Positions 51,264 through 64,000 of a stretch of DNA of 64,000 nucleotides are shown one piece after another. The notes under the pieces are model-generated. The model worked only from the letters and a program-made list of their open reading frames with translations, searched no databases and was not told where the DNA came from. Origin of the DNA: Hormiphora californensis (lineage: Eukaryota; Animalia; Ctenophora); NCBI GenBank assembly GCA_020137815.1, contig CM035352.1, forward strand, positions 8,246,001 to 8,310,000, in the 5' to 3' direction. Every line of letters starts with the position of its first letter. Position 1 is the first letter of the stretch. Both the position numbers and the translations under genes were made by a program.

Positions 51264-51518
51264 ATGATTCGAACTCTCATCCTACTCGCCTTCCTCGTGG
51301 CCATTATCTACGCCTCCCCGTTCGGTACCAGCTGGCCCTACACCTGGACGCCCAAACCATCATCTGGACACACTGTATGGACAGATAAAACCCCCGAACC
51401 TTCCACTGTATGGGAAGATACAACCCCGCCAGTGACCTCCAGCTCCACCCCGGAAGGAGCTGAAACAACTGATCATACAACTCATATCGACTACTTTACA
51501 TCTACCTGGATGTGGTAG
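51264..51518 (+). CDS. Small secreted Thr/Pro/Trp-rich protein, unknown function
   Basis: Clear signal peptide MIRTLILLAFLVAIIYA; TATAAAA at 51217-51223 with a GC-box just upstream; single exon. Confidence 0.7.
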   Translation: MIRTLILLAFLVAIIYASPFGTSWPYTWTPKPSSGHTVWTDKTPEPSTVWEDTTPPVTSSSTPEGAETTDHTTHIDYFTSTWMW

Positions 51519-52531
51519 AACGGAGTGGATCCCCCCGGCTATTGGATATTTGAGGAGACAGCCGAGTTTTAGTGAGATCATTTTAGTTTTAGTTTACTGA
51601 AACTTGACATTGATAAACAATTATCTATTCCACACCTAATTATTTTATGACTTTAAAACCTCTGACTTTTGCGTGTCTTCCCCACACTAACATTTGTCCC
51701 TGTATTACACGCCATGTCTGTGTCACGGTTTGAAAGATGTTAAACTCTGCAGCGGGCAGCCACATGATTGACCCCCTGTCTGGCCACAGTGCGTTCCGGC
51801 CCAGGTGGCTGGTGGGGTCTGCGGCGCCAGACAGATTGACCCGGTAGTTAGTTGTCACACACTGACTGTACATCGCGCCTCACGTAGCCGCACCGGGCCG
51901 AAGGCCCGGTGCGAAGAGGAGGGTCTCATATGAGACAAGTAGTTAGGCCAGGGCCGGAATACTGCAAGTACAGGTACCCAATCACTGGTACTCTACCTAA
52001 TCATTCTGGTTGTTACATGTCTGGCTACGCCGCCCCGAACTGAACGAATCAAGACTTGCCATGCTACGCAGTCTGTTCGTTCGGGCTCGCGTAGGCTCAC
52101 ACTGGGCCGAGGGCCCGGTGTGAGAGCCGACAGACTGGGAAAATATCAAATCAAGACGGGCTCTATAATCGCCGCCACTCGCCAGTCAGGTATTGTCACA
52201 ACAACAATAATGGTTCAATTTACATAGTTGGAACGCGCGAAACTGATTTTATGACGACCATGGCGCGACATGTGTGATAACATTGAGCGCGTTCCGCTCA
52301 TTTCCCGAATCTGGTTCGCGCGAGTTTCTTCACCAATGTGTTATCGCGCGTTACGTTTATCATCCGTGAAGTGCAGTTGCCAGGCTAAAATAGCACAGTG
52401 TGTATGAAGCAGAGAGGAGGCGTAGTTTAACAACGGTAAAAATACAATTGCTTACTAAAACAAATTTATAAGATAAACACACAACCCAATCGGACACAAT
52501 TAGCGTTACACGGTTTTTTTCACCTCAAATT

Positions 52532-53670
52532 TCACACATAAAACAGTCTGTGGACGAGTTCCCAGAAGAATTTGGGCAGGCACTGAATTCCTCCTTCCTC
52601 TGAATGAGGGAGAAGTGGAACTCTGCAGTTTAGTATGTATAAATCTGTAATAAAGTCTGCTAGCACACTGGCTATAACCATCCCATCTTTTGCATAGTTT
52701 TTCCTCATCTGAAGGGGCATCTCCATCTGTATCGCATCAATACACCCTCCCCTCTGACTGCCCCATCTCTGCACAGTGTATCCCCCATGAAAGTAATTAC
52801 CGGGTGGACACCTATGAGTGGGACTAGGTACAGCCGCATATCCCTCTTTCGAGAGTCGTGCCCCTAAACTCTGTGGACCCCTCAAAATGTTCTCAAAACT
52901 ATGTTTACTGTGCTGAACTGCACTTCGAATTGTGGAATCATGGGACAACGGAAATGTATTTAGGTGGTCCACAGTTAACCTGTACCCCAACTCAATTAAT
53001 TTCTCAGGGTGGCTCTGGCCATGAATATCAAATAGTATACCCCTACCCGCAACCCGGGACACGTGGGCCCTGGCCTTGCCAATAAACCGATGATAATCGT
53101 GCCAGGCCTGTTCGGCGTGCGGGTTGTGTTGAGCGGCTACCTCTAACGGTCGGTTAACATCCACCTTCCTTCTGTTCAGGTGACATAGAACAAGGTGGGG
53201 CCGCTCTCCGAGAAGAACTGATAGCTCATCACGGAGTGTTACTGCCATTTCGAGGGTGAAGGCATCACGTACTAGGGTAACGGAATTGGAGGGTGAGAGG
53301 GATGGACAGGTATCGACTCCACAGCAATTCTTACGTCTGTCTCTTATGTAATCAGGTCTGAGATTTCCTGGCGGGGAGAGAGAAACCTGTTTTAGAGGGA
53401 CCCGGATTTGTAATTTGATTATGCACGAAATGATCCCCGAAGAATGGGGGCATGAGAAAAAATATTCGTATTTCTAATTTTCTAAAACACAAGATAGCAC
53501 GAGAGAGCTGATTTTGGTGATTGGCCCTTACCTCCGTGGGGAGCTGCTATAATAATCCTTGATTCGTTGGAACCCGGGTAGTAATCTGTGAATCCTCTGT
53601 ACCCAGATTGGTGGGGTTCATTCTGGAGGTTTCTTATCAATCGTAAAGTCGCTTGTACACTCTCTTTCAT
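52532..53670 (-). CDS. N-formylglutamate amidohydrolase-like Zn-peptidase-fold protein (2 exons)
   Basis: IIIAAPHG|G (intron 53531-53368), RRKVDVNR, LFDIHGQSH, IELGY, YFHGGYTV, IDAIQMEMP. Confidence 0.8.
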
Positions 53671-53890
53671 TTCATATCACTGTCTGCAGTTGGAGATCAT
53701 GGGTTATTTGTTGGATAATACAACACAGATCCTAGGAGAGATTTTCAGAGCTGGTGGAGAGATGCACAAGTAGGAAATGCCGTCAGAGCATTGGCAGCTG
53801 ACAAAGGAAACGTCTAACAAGCATACGGTATGGAAAAGAACAAGCCGCCTGTTGTGATAGGTTCGAGAATGTTAAATGGAGAGGGGGGAG

Positions 53891-53984
<94 letters not shown>

Positions 53985-54315
53985 CAGAGAGAGATAGAGA
54001 GAGAGAGACAGAGAGACAGGGAGAGATATGCGAATAATGATGCCTCCCACTCATATACAAGCTGATGCCACTTGGCAAATATGTGATGAAAGATATGGAG
54101 ATAACTGGAGAGAGAGAAATGAAATGTTAGGAACTTTGTCCCGACCAAGACCGGAATAACTAGTTCATGAGCTGATGATCAAATGTGAGATAAATATAAG
54201 AGAACCAGGACCAGTGCACACAGCATTCGAGCAAATCAAGTACAAATAAAATAATCTACTAGTCACTATGGCTGCAGGTGCAGTGTTGTGTGAGAGACAC
54301 AGACAGAGAGAGATG

Positions 54316-54397
<82 letters not shown>

Positions 54398-54855
54398 CCA
54401 CCCAAGGTGGTGGCGGTGCACTGGTGATATCAGATTGCATGAAAAGTAATTCAAACAAATATAGCGCGAGAACATTCTCTCCCTCTTCATCTATTTCCAT
54501 TCTATTTCTGGCTCCCTCTTTCCATCTCTCCCTCTCTCGTTCTCTCTTCTCTCTCTATCTCCCTCGACAGTCGGCAATTCTCTCTCTCTCCCGTTCCTAC
54601 ATCTCAAGATCTCCTGGCATCAATTGCATGAATGACCAGGCCTGTGTCAAGCTAATCCCCTAGCAGCTGTATAATTGCTATCAGTGGTCGCTAAAGAATA
54701 CAGCTCACATGCAAACCGAGTGTGTGAATGTGGAGAGGAGATATAAACGGAGAAAGTAGTCAGCCACGACGTTTTATAACACAATATCGAACCGTATTCA
54801 TACAGTTATAACCATGCGAGACGGAATATGCTGCTGAGCTCTGCAGAGAGAACTA

Positions 54856-55731
54856 CCGTGTGGGGCAATAAAAATGCCCCCCCAAGTCTACCATAGTTCC
54901 AGATATGGTGGAGCGCTAAAATTTGGTTCAGTAACTCTATGAGACAAATAAATAACTTGACCAAAATTTCAGACCTCTAGCTCAAAATTTATTTTTTTGA
55001 TCGGAATGAACATTGTCATTCATTCCAGGAAAAAATATTTTCCGGTTCAAAATTTAACCAATTATGTTTGGCTATCGATTAGCTTTCCAATGTGACCAAG
55101 ATCAGCTAAATTGGACAACCACAAGAGACACAGTGTCATGTTTCTTAAAGTTAGTCAGGTCATGTGATCTTCACTGAATCGTTGATCGTATTCAGTATTA
55201 CGAATTGGTATAAGTGGTAGAGAATCACGTATCACATCTGCTAATGAGGGATGAAGATGCTGATTGGTCATGAGATCTGTAGCTCTTTGATAAATGTCCT
55301 CTTTCCTCGAATCACATCACCCTGTATTGGTACACATACCCAATTAGCGACCATGATACGAGATTCCTTTGCCCCTTGGCCCGATTAGCAATCCGGGAAA
55401 CTCAACGATTCGGTGAAGATCACATGACCTGACTAACTTAAAGCAACATGACACTGTGTCTCTTGTGTTTGTCCAATTTAGCTGATCTTGGTCCCATTGG
55501 AAAGCAAATCGATAGCCAAACATAATTAGTTAAATTTTGGACCGGAAAATATTTTTTCCTGGAATGAATGACAATGTTCATTCCGATCAAAAAAATGAAT
55601 TTTGAGCTAGAGGTCTGAAATTTTGGTCAAGTTATTTATTTGTCTCATAGAGTTACTGTACCAAATTTTAGCGCTCCACCATATCTGGAACTATGGTAGA
55701 CTTGGGGGGGCATTTTTATTGCCCCACACGG
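54856..55731. mobile_element. Tc1/mariner-type MITE with about 325-bp TIRs
   Basis: TA|CCGTGTGGGGCAATAAAAATGCC...GGCATTTTTATTGCCCCACACGG|TA; long near-perfect inverted arms. Confidence 0.9.
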
Positions 55732-56002
55732 TATAAACATTCAACACACCTCCGATCCAATGGGACATTTTATCATGCGACGTCCTGTAGTATTCCTGTA
55801 TTTCATCCTGGCTGAGCCAGTTTATCCACTTGAGAGCGGAGGAGGGAGTTATAGGGCCTTCTTGGCAGTGGAAACAGCTCATTTGAACCATCGTGAGACA
55901 TGAGTTTTTCTTTTCTCTTTCGCCTTAAATAAACAACATCGCTTCGCCATACGCCTATCAAAACTAAAGATGGGGAAGAGAAAAATAGAGAGAGGGGAGA
56001 GA

Positions 56003-56046
<44 letters not shown>

Positions 56047-56096
56047 AAGAGAGGAGAGAGAGAGCGAGAAGACTATCGAGCGCTACGATCTGCTCT

Positions 56097-56128
<32 letters not shown>

Positions 56129-56486
56129 GCGATCTCTTCGTATCTCTACTCGCTCGCGCTCCGCTCTCTTCTCGCTCTTTCCTTCGTCTTCTGCTAGTCT
56201 TTCGGAGGGGTTTAGGAGCAAGAAACAAAGATCGCATGACATGTGAGGGGTTGAGAAAGGGAAAGGGAATGTTAAAGTTAATGGAATGCAGAATCAGGGA
56301 AACGCTACGGATTTTAAAACAAAGAGTAAAATTTCTTATAAACGGAAAAGAGAAAATCTTTGCATATATGACTATTTTTGCTCTGAGTAAAAAGTTTTAA
56401 AAATCTGTTTGTTTTATTAAAAGAGGGTCAATATATAATATGGGGAGCTGCTACTGGTAGACGCTGCTACCAAGTAGTTAGGAAGG

Positions 56487-58935
56487 TTAGTAATCACATG
56501 CAGTCTCATCATCCTTCAATAGCAGCTTGGATACCACATAGCCAATAACGTAGGAAGCGGCACACGCAATTGCACCCATCACCAGCACTTTGACGCCAGC
56601 AGTGGTCAAATTCTCCGAGGCAAACCGACCCTGGAAATATAGAAATTGAAACTCAATCAAGTATCGAGTGACAAGTATCAACCATTAACTCCGCCAAATC
56701 TACTGTGTGTTCCTTCGACTCCAATCCATTTCATAAGTATCAACTACACTTTAGAATCGGGCCAATTCCTTTTGGATAAATATCCGTCCAAGGGTATCTC
56801 ATCAAGGGTCCTTACTATCATACTGACAGACATTGCAGCAATAGTAGACCTGTATGTCTTACCTTAATCACACCAGGAAGGAAGAGAGTGATGTCTTACC
56901 TTAATCACACCAAGAAGGAAGAGAGTGATGTCTTACCTTAATCACACCAAGGAGGAAGAGAGTGATGTCTTACCTTAATCACACCGAGGAGCAAGAGAGT
57001 GATGTCTTACCTTAATCACACCAAGGAGGAAGAGAGTGATGTCTTACTTTAATCACACCAAGAAGGAAGAGAGTGATGTCTTACCTTTATCACACCGAGG
57101 AGGAAGAGAGTGATGTCTTACCTTAATCACACCAAGGAGGAAGAGAGTGATGTCTTACCTTAATCACACCAAGGAGGAAGAGAGTGATGTCTTACCTTAA
57201 TCACACCGAGGAGCAAGAGAGTGATGTCTTACCTTAATCACACCAAGGAGGAAGAGGGTGATGTCTTACCTTAATCACACCAAGAAGGAAGAGAGTGATG
57301 TCTTACCTTTATCACACCAAGGAGGGAGAGAGTGATGTCTTACCTTAATCACACCGAGGAGGAAGAGGGTGATGGCAGTAAAAACACAGCTGATGGGAAA
57401 GGCAAGGTTTACCATTCCCCGGCCCCCGTTGAATGTGTTCCACGGTATAAAACCACACAGGATGTAGGAGAGAAGGGGAACCAGGCCAAAACAACAGAAA
57501 GAGAGGAATGTTACAAAACCTAGGGTGCAAGAAAGTGGTAAAATGGGGGTAGGTTGGGGGAACTGATCCTGACTAGTTGGCATCTGAGAGTGGTCAAATT
57601 TAATCTTGGAAGGTGTTGCCTCTAAGGCATATAAGCTAAGGTTTAACGTGTCCCTATCTCCCTCTTTAGGTACAGTGCGAATAGAATTGAGTATTGAGAT
57701 AAGATATGTTTGGGCACGAAGCCATTATTTAGCTCACAATGCATTTTATTCCATAAAATGATACAGAGTAAGCACGCTCTGTGAGGGTTCGGCAGAGCAA
57801 GAAACCATTGAAAGTTTAGTGCGTGCTACTTGACAGGATGATATCAATACTTTTATTGAGGGATTGACTAACTAATAACTATGTGCACTACTTGATCTAG
57901 CTATGTGTTATACCTCACAATATGTATATACAATGTGCACTACATGATATCAATACTTTTATTGAGGGATTGAATACTATGTGCACTACTTGATCTCAAT
58001 ACCTTGCTTGCTGGGTTTCTCGTCCTCGTCAATGGGCATGAATCCCAGCTCATAGTACATCATCTGGTCCATAAAGAGGTCAGGGTACTTGGCAGTGGTC
58101 CTCATTATGGCAGTTGCATCCTCCCTGCTAACACCCTGTTCCTCTAACAGCTCTATCATCTCCTGAATCTCCCCCTCCTGGTTGTTATCAAACTCCCTGT
58201 GTGGTGGTGGCATGGTGTGTTAGTGTAGTTGCTATAATAATATTATTCCCAGGGGCCAGGGTGTTGGGGGTGATCTCTCCCTCCTGGTTGTTGTCAAACT
58301 CCCTGTGTAGTGGTTTGTTAGTGTAGTTGCTATACCGAGGGGGGTAATAGAGTCTCCATCAGGGGTCAGGAGTTCACCACCATCTCAACTGCTCTTGTCA
58401 AAGCAAATAAGAAATGATGTATTATATTATTAACATATTGATATCAACACGAATTACCATTTTTCTCGTTTGTACTCCGTCATCTGGTGTTCTCTGTCCG
58501 CCATTGTGCTCAGATAGTCTCCCATGCCCATAGAGATTGCATCTCCAACGAGGTTACTGAAGCCCAGAACCAGCGCGTAGAGAGGATTGAAACTCCCGCC
58601 CTCAATGGAACAAATCACAACAAATGTGGAGATGATCCCATCCAAACCTCCGTAGATAATGCTCTTGATGAACTGCCCCTGAGATCTGAGGGAGACACAA
58701 GTCGTAAGATATATATATCCAAAAACTATATCATTATATGTGCATTTAGTGGGATTATATAACGAGTGTGAACAATATATTGTTCACACTTGTATACAAA
58801 TCTGCCTGACATTTTGTGTTTTTCCTCCGCAAAATCACAGGGACAATCGTCGTGGGTTTTCTTGGAAAGTGCCACATCTTTAGTTTGGAAACTCTCTTTG
58901 ACAAGTTGCTGTCTCTTTCCCTCTTCGCCTGACAT
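56487..58935 (-). CDS. VIT1/CCC1 family iron/manganese transporter (multi-exon)
   Basis: KSIIYGGLDGIISTF, GFSNLVGDAISMGMGDYLS, EYKREKWEFDNNQEGEIQEM, MMYYELG, FVTFLSFCCFGLVPLLSY, LFLLGVIK|GRF. Confidence 0.92.
56853..57370. repeat. 37-bp minisatellite copying the VIT1 exon/donor junction
   Basis: About 13 units of GAGAGTGATGTCTTACCTTAATCACACCAAGGAGGAA, i.e. minus-strand ...GGTGTGATTAAG|GTAAGAC. Confidence 0.93.
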
Positions 58936-60673
58936 TCTACAAAGAGTCGCATTACTTGTGTTATCTCGAATGACTGTCCTGACTGACTCTGAACAGCGTA
59001 ATAGCTGCTATCATATGGCAGGGGGTGAACCGCCGCATTGTGTATGGTCGTGCTCGCTTCCATTCTTTATACATATTCAAAAGGCACTCGCCACTCTTTT
59101 AACATGTTTGTGCACTCAGCACACTCACTTAATTTCAACAAATACAAATACAATTATAAGTTATATCCGCTTTTGGGCTTATGCATTGTTAGTGCTAGGA
59201 GAACGCCGTTTCAATCAGTCGATTGAAGCAACGCACCCACCACTAACAAGCCTTCTAAAGCGGCAACTGAGCTCAGGCTTCCCGCTTCATGAATGCAAAT
59301 GCAGCAAACCAGCAATGCGGGTTTTTGATTCAAAAACTTAATGACTAATGTTAGGTTGGGTGGAAACCTCCCGGCTCCCAGCCTAGGTTTTTAAGACTTT
59401 CGAAGGGTTTTCAAGTGCTTGGCATACGTTGCAGGCCCCTTATAATATAATATAAGGGGCCTGGAGGGAATACCGCGCTGGGGGGGAATACATAATCAAT
59501 CATATCTCCGGTTCCAGATAAGGTACAGAAATCGTTTTGGTAGCGTTGGAAAGAGGAAGATAACAGCTTTCAAATGCAACCGGTTTCAGGTCTCTATCTT
59601 ATCAGGAACAGGAGATATGAACGAAACTCCGCAAAATCGAGTGCGGTAAAATAAAAAATTCGAGATTTTAATTCAAATTTGAAACAAAAGTGTCCCTGCA
59701 GGGACCTGTGACGTCACTTTTTGAAAACAACCAATCTTTGAACGGCTATTGCTCAGCCTCCTGAAGTCCAATTAACTTCTCTCAAAAACAGCAAGGTAGA
59801 TAATTGTCAGATCTAACAACTGGTGAAAGAATCAAGTCAAACGGACTTCAGGGGCCAAAGTTATAAGCACCGCCGTTTTTTCGCTCGCAAAGTTATTTTC
59901 GACTCTGGCCAGATCTGGCCAAACGCGCGCGCGGCATTCCCTCCAGTCCCCTCGTTGCGGGGGTGCGCGCATGAGGGGGCTGCAGCGCATTCCAATTCAA
60001 GTGCTGATTTTGAAAAGTTGGGCAACCCGAAAGAAAATTTTCATCATTTTTTTTCCTTCAAAAACCTCGTCCCAAGCGCGCAGCGCGCCAACAAAGATGC
60101 AGTGTAATTATCTCAAATTGGCCGCTGCGGCCCCAGATCACTCAAATTAACGGAACAATTAATTTGAAAAATGGTTTCTCCCGACCCGGACCATCCTGGT
60201 AAAACTAAAATCGTGGTCCGACAGTTATATAACGATCGGACCAATAATGTACTTTTGCAACTTGCAATGTTATCGAAAACAATAAAAATCAATAGTTTCT
60301 GTTGTTTTAGAAATAAAATCCGCATAAATTGAATACACATATCTTACATAAAACAGTTAAAATTCAGAAACATTCCCCTCTTTAAATCCAACAACTTATA
60401 ATTCCATCTAATATCTATCACTATGTTTCACATCAGCATCTTTCTAATTCTAGTTGTATGGCGGGGGTTCCATTTATATGTAAATGCAAAAATAACTCAA
60501 AATATAATAATACCGCTTGCTGCATAATAAACTCACTTCACACACATTTGATATAACATCAACACGACAACGCATTTATGGGCCTTTTTGTATCTCGGAT
60601 GAATAGATAGAAAAATAAACAGACCTGGACACTCTCTTCCCACTCTCCCTCATAGTCATAGCTGAATGTGTTT

Positions 60674-62015
60674 TTATCTAAACTCAAAGACCTGATAAGA
60701 GTCCTGGGCGACGTGGTGAAGGGTGAGAGATTGGAACATCTCACTGTGCCGGTGGTAGTAGAACCCATCAATTCGAGCAGTGCTCTTTTGGAAGCAAATG
60801 TAGTAAAATCCATCGAAACTCGCACCTTGGATGTATGTTATCTTGTGATCAGGTACCAAGAAATGTTCCTGAGGGATGGAATTAGCTATTAGATGTGAAA
60901 ATTATGTTAATTAATCAGCAATGAAGCAACTCGAAATTCTGGCTGAATGTAATCGTACCTTCCATCTCATATAAACGAAATCAGATTCCGCCACACGAGT
61001 GTAGTCAAAGTTGTCGTCATTAAAGGACTCCGCAAATTGAAGGAAGGATGGGAACTTAGACTGAAATGTACACATTGTTTAGACATTTAATTATTCTGAC
61101 ATTCCTCATTGAATTTTTCATTGCCCGACGACTGAAGTTCTGGCAATATCAGGGGATAGAGTGCGCGCGAGTGACACCCAGCTCGCGCGAGATCTTCTTG
61201 ATGTCGGTCACGGCGCGTTACAACCATATCTCCAGTTACAACTATTTTTGGCGTACAACCAGACACAGGAGAGACAGAAGAGAGGCGGAAGGTTCCAGAG
61301 AGAGAGAGAGAGAGAGAGAGAGGTGGATCTGTTACTACAGACAGTGTGTCATACTAACCCAGTGATCTTGATCCACTGATAGCTTCGTCTCCTGCAATGA
61401 AAATCTGTCAGATCTAAATTAACCAACAGCCGATACAATTATAATACAGCTGGTATTTTTCTAATAAATTCGAGTCATTTAGAACAACAACTCACCCATT
61501 TACGAGTAAGGAAGGGATGTTTGTTGCCGATGATCTCTCCCTCAAAATATGTCGTCAAAGTAGGATACTCCTGAAGCAAGCAGTTTATTAGACGCTAATT
61601 TCAGTGATAAGATATAACATGCAATGCAATGTTGGGCCCTCACATTTCTGTGCAGGAGAGGGAGGGAAACAGAGATCGAGAGATTGAGAGAGGTGGGGGG
61701 GGGGGGAGACAGCGAGAAAAAAGAGAGGGAAATGTAATGATTGACGGAGAGCTAGAGAGAAAGGGATGGAGAGAAATGGAAAAAATAGAGAGGCCTCGTT
61801 GGGTTTATTATCGGACAACACTCAACTGTTTGAATACAACATGTGGGATTGGTAGGGGAGCCGGGAGAGTTGCCTTGCCCGGCCCTTTTTCACCAAGCCC
61901 ATAAATCTAAAGGAGGGCTAGAACACAACGAGGGGAGACTTGTAAAACTACACACCTTGGTAAGTCCATATATTTTCAGGTACCCACACAGGAAATCGTT
62001 ATCCTCGTCTACGTG
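60674..62015 (-). CDS. GID4: GID/CTLH complex subunit 4 (Vid24 family), 3' exons; 5' exons not identified in the window
   Basis: [20 protein letters not shown] | [25 protein letters not shown] | ...DHW | ...FVYMRWK | [10 protein letters not shown]...[15 protein letters not shown]...[14 protein letters not shown]...FEFR*. Confidence 0.93.
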
Positions 62016-63112
62016 CTGGTAGGGATAGATAGGGTGAGAGAGAAATTGTGGACTATAATAGGGTTGTGATTCCTTCTATCAGGGTACCACAAACTACAAG
62101 GAAGCACTGAATTGTGAATGTACAATAGGATGGAAAGGACAGTTCCATGAACAAGTAGTGATATAATTGCTGTGTACTGTGTAGTGATATAATTGCTGTG
62201 TGTAATTACTAATACGGCTACCGAATTACTCTAGATCACTGCACTGGCAAGCGCAAAGGTTGCCATTCCCCCTCCCCCCAAAAGCGCCGCCAGAAACGCA
62301 GTTATACGTTTTATGGGTGTTTTGCCTGAAAATCCATATTTCAGAAGGCTATAGCGTGGCTCCCTTTCATCCGTTTGACTTGAAAATTGGAATGTATACC
62401 CGGCTTGGAATCTTTGACTCAAGTATAAAATTTCAAGTCTCTATCTCATCTGGAACCGAAGTTACAGACAGGTCCCATTTGCCCTAGATTCAGTGTAACA
62501 CATATGCACGCGCGTAGGAGAGACGCTTTTTATAAACCATATTCACGCCAAACAAAAAGAGATAGAAACTTCTCGTTTTTACAGCTGGTAGATCTACTGG
62601 ATGTGTGTGCATTAGTCGATGTGAGGTCCCTTTTCATCACCAGGAACGTCCTACAGAACGTCTTAAAGTCGTCATTTTTCAGACTCTGACTAAAATTCTT
62701 TGAGCTCATTTTACAGCCTGAAGACGGATTCTAATCGAAAGTCGAAGGCTATATCATGGAAAGAGAATTGTCTGAACTTTCAGAAACTATATTGCGAATT
62801 TTCAAAACTAGACGTATAAGGGTCTTAAAACGCGTCTAAAGTGTTATGACTGTTTAAAAATAGATATGACGATATGGGTTTTCTCGCCATAGCAGACACA
62901 AATCTTATCCAATCAATCTCAAACTTGGTCAGTATCTTCATCTAGGTAATCCCGATGATACGACGTCATCGTTATGACGTCATAACGTCGTGACGTCATT
63001 TTATGACGTCAAAATGACGTCAAAAATGAAAATTTTGCAATTTCGCGATTCCATCCTCTCCGTACCTGTTCTACTACATGTAAATGGATAAAAAATCCCA
63101 AAAATGATGCAA

Positions 63113-63320
63113 ATTATACCAAAACTAATTGAAATTAGTAGGCCGGAAAGGTTGCCCTATGATCTGAGCTACCTTTGGCACCAGTACATTCCCTTTTAAA
63201 GATAGAAGAAGCATCTGTTATACCCTGTCTGTACCCCGTGAATGTTACGGTGGCAAAGGTAGCTCAAATCATAGGGCAACCTTTCCGGCCTACTAATTTC
63301 AATTAGTTTTGGTATAATAT
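63113..63320. mobile_element. Short MITE with about 75-bp inverted arms
   Basis: ATTATACCAAAACTAATTGAAATTAGTAGGCCGGAAAGG...CCTTTCCGGCCTACTAATTTCAATTAGTTTTGGTATAAT. Confidence 0.75.
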
Positions 63321-63820
63321 TACTATATATATATGTCTCCCTCTCTGCCTCTCTCTCTGTGTCTCTCTGTCCCTCTATCGCTGAGCTGTATCTCTGCTCT
63401 CTTTTTATACACACAACCCTCACAGACATACACCCTGACAGACAAACACCGTTACTATCACAACTTCCTGATTTCACCACTCTCAAGGCACAATGTACAG
63501 TGTCTGAGATTTGCTGAAATTTACCTATAATTGAGTTGCGACCTGATGCTGTTAATTGCCAACTGGCAACTTTGAGTCACGATGACCCCAGTGGCTTGTT
63601 TTCTAAAATTTGTGAGTGTCTGTGACTGTATGTGTGTAAGTGTCTGTGTGGTCGTGTGTGTGACCTATCTGTATTCTGTATGACATATCTGTGTGAGTGT
63701 GTGTGTGTGAGTGTGTGTGTATAACAATGTAACAAGCCGACTTCATGTGTTCCCAACAGAACACATGCCGTTACGTAAGATGCGAGCTGGTCATGTGAGC
63801 ACATAACAGGACAATATGTA

Positions 63821-63960
63821 ACAACATCTTCATCAGCCTCAAATTAATTTCAACACAAGTTAATTTGAGGCTGATGAAGATGTTGTCACATCGAAACTAT
63901 TCTGAACAATAAAATCACCACGTTTTCCTTTGACCACCTCCAAGCCGGAAGGAGCAATAT
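63821..63960 (+). mobile_element. Second, diverged SL-capped Penelope-like remnant with an inverted partial copy
   Basis: ...TTAATTTGAG|GCTGATGAAGATGTTGTCACATCGAAAC...AATAAAA...CAAGCCGGAAGGAG, homologous to 27014-27130; inverted arm at 63821-63850. Confidence 0.6.
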
Positions 63961-64000
63961 GTACATTGTACATTCACAACGAACCATATACATTTCCAAA

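Noticed and set aside
53783-56246. LSLSLS / RERERE ORFs
   Set aside because: (GA)n microsatellite translations.
62716-62752. Hammerhead-like CTGAAGA...GAAAGTC
   Set aside because: Stems I and III are not convincing, and it lies in an unrelated DNA-repeat-like tract.

Overview
Eukaryotic, intron-rich animal DNA, most likely a ctenophore (Pleurobrachia-like). That assignment is from memory of a spliced-leader-like 35-40-mer ending ...AAACAAATTAATTTGAG and of two short MITE families; it was not verified by search. Genes, left to right: carboxypeptidase D-like (partial), a frameshifted degenerate M14 paralog, UBR7, Mps1/TTK-like kinase, a C2H2 zinc finger, an intronless TIR-HEAT protein, DNA ligase I, a purple acid phosphatase (PAP) cluster, a small secreted Thr/Trp-rich protein, an N-formylglutamate amidohydrolase-like protein, a VIT1/CCC1 transporter and GID4 (partial). 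The strongest candidates for something new are three. (1) A full-length CR1-group LINE whose ORF1 fuses an intact AlkB-type dioxygenase to an SGNH esterase. Its 5' end is a spliced-leader-like sequence with no room for an internal promoter. (2) The same leader caps two palindromic Penelope-like remnants directly upstream of a hammerhead-like core. (3) One PAP 5' half is followed by three phase-compatible alternative 3' halves that split the catalytic domain. Many MITEs, structured repeats and minisatellites derived from splice junctions are also present. Exon models were read by eye and are approximate.
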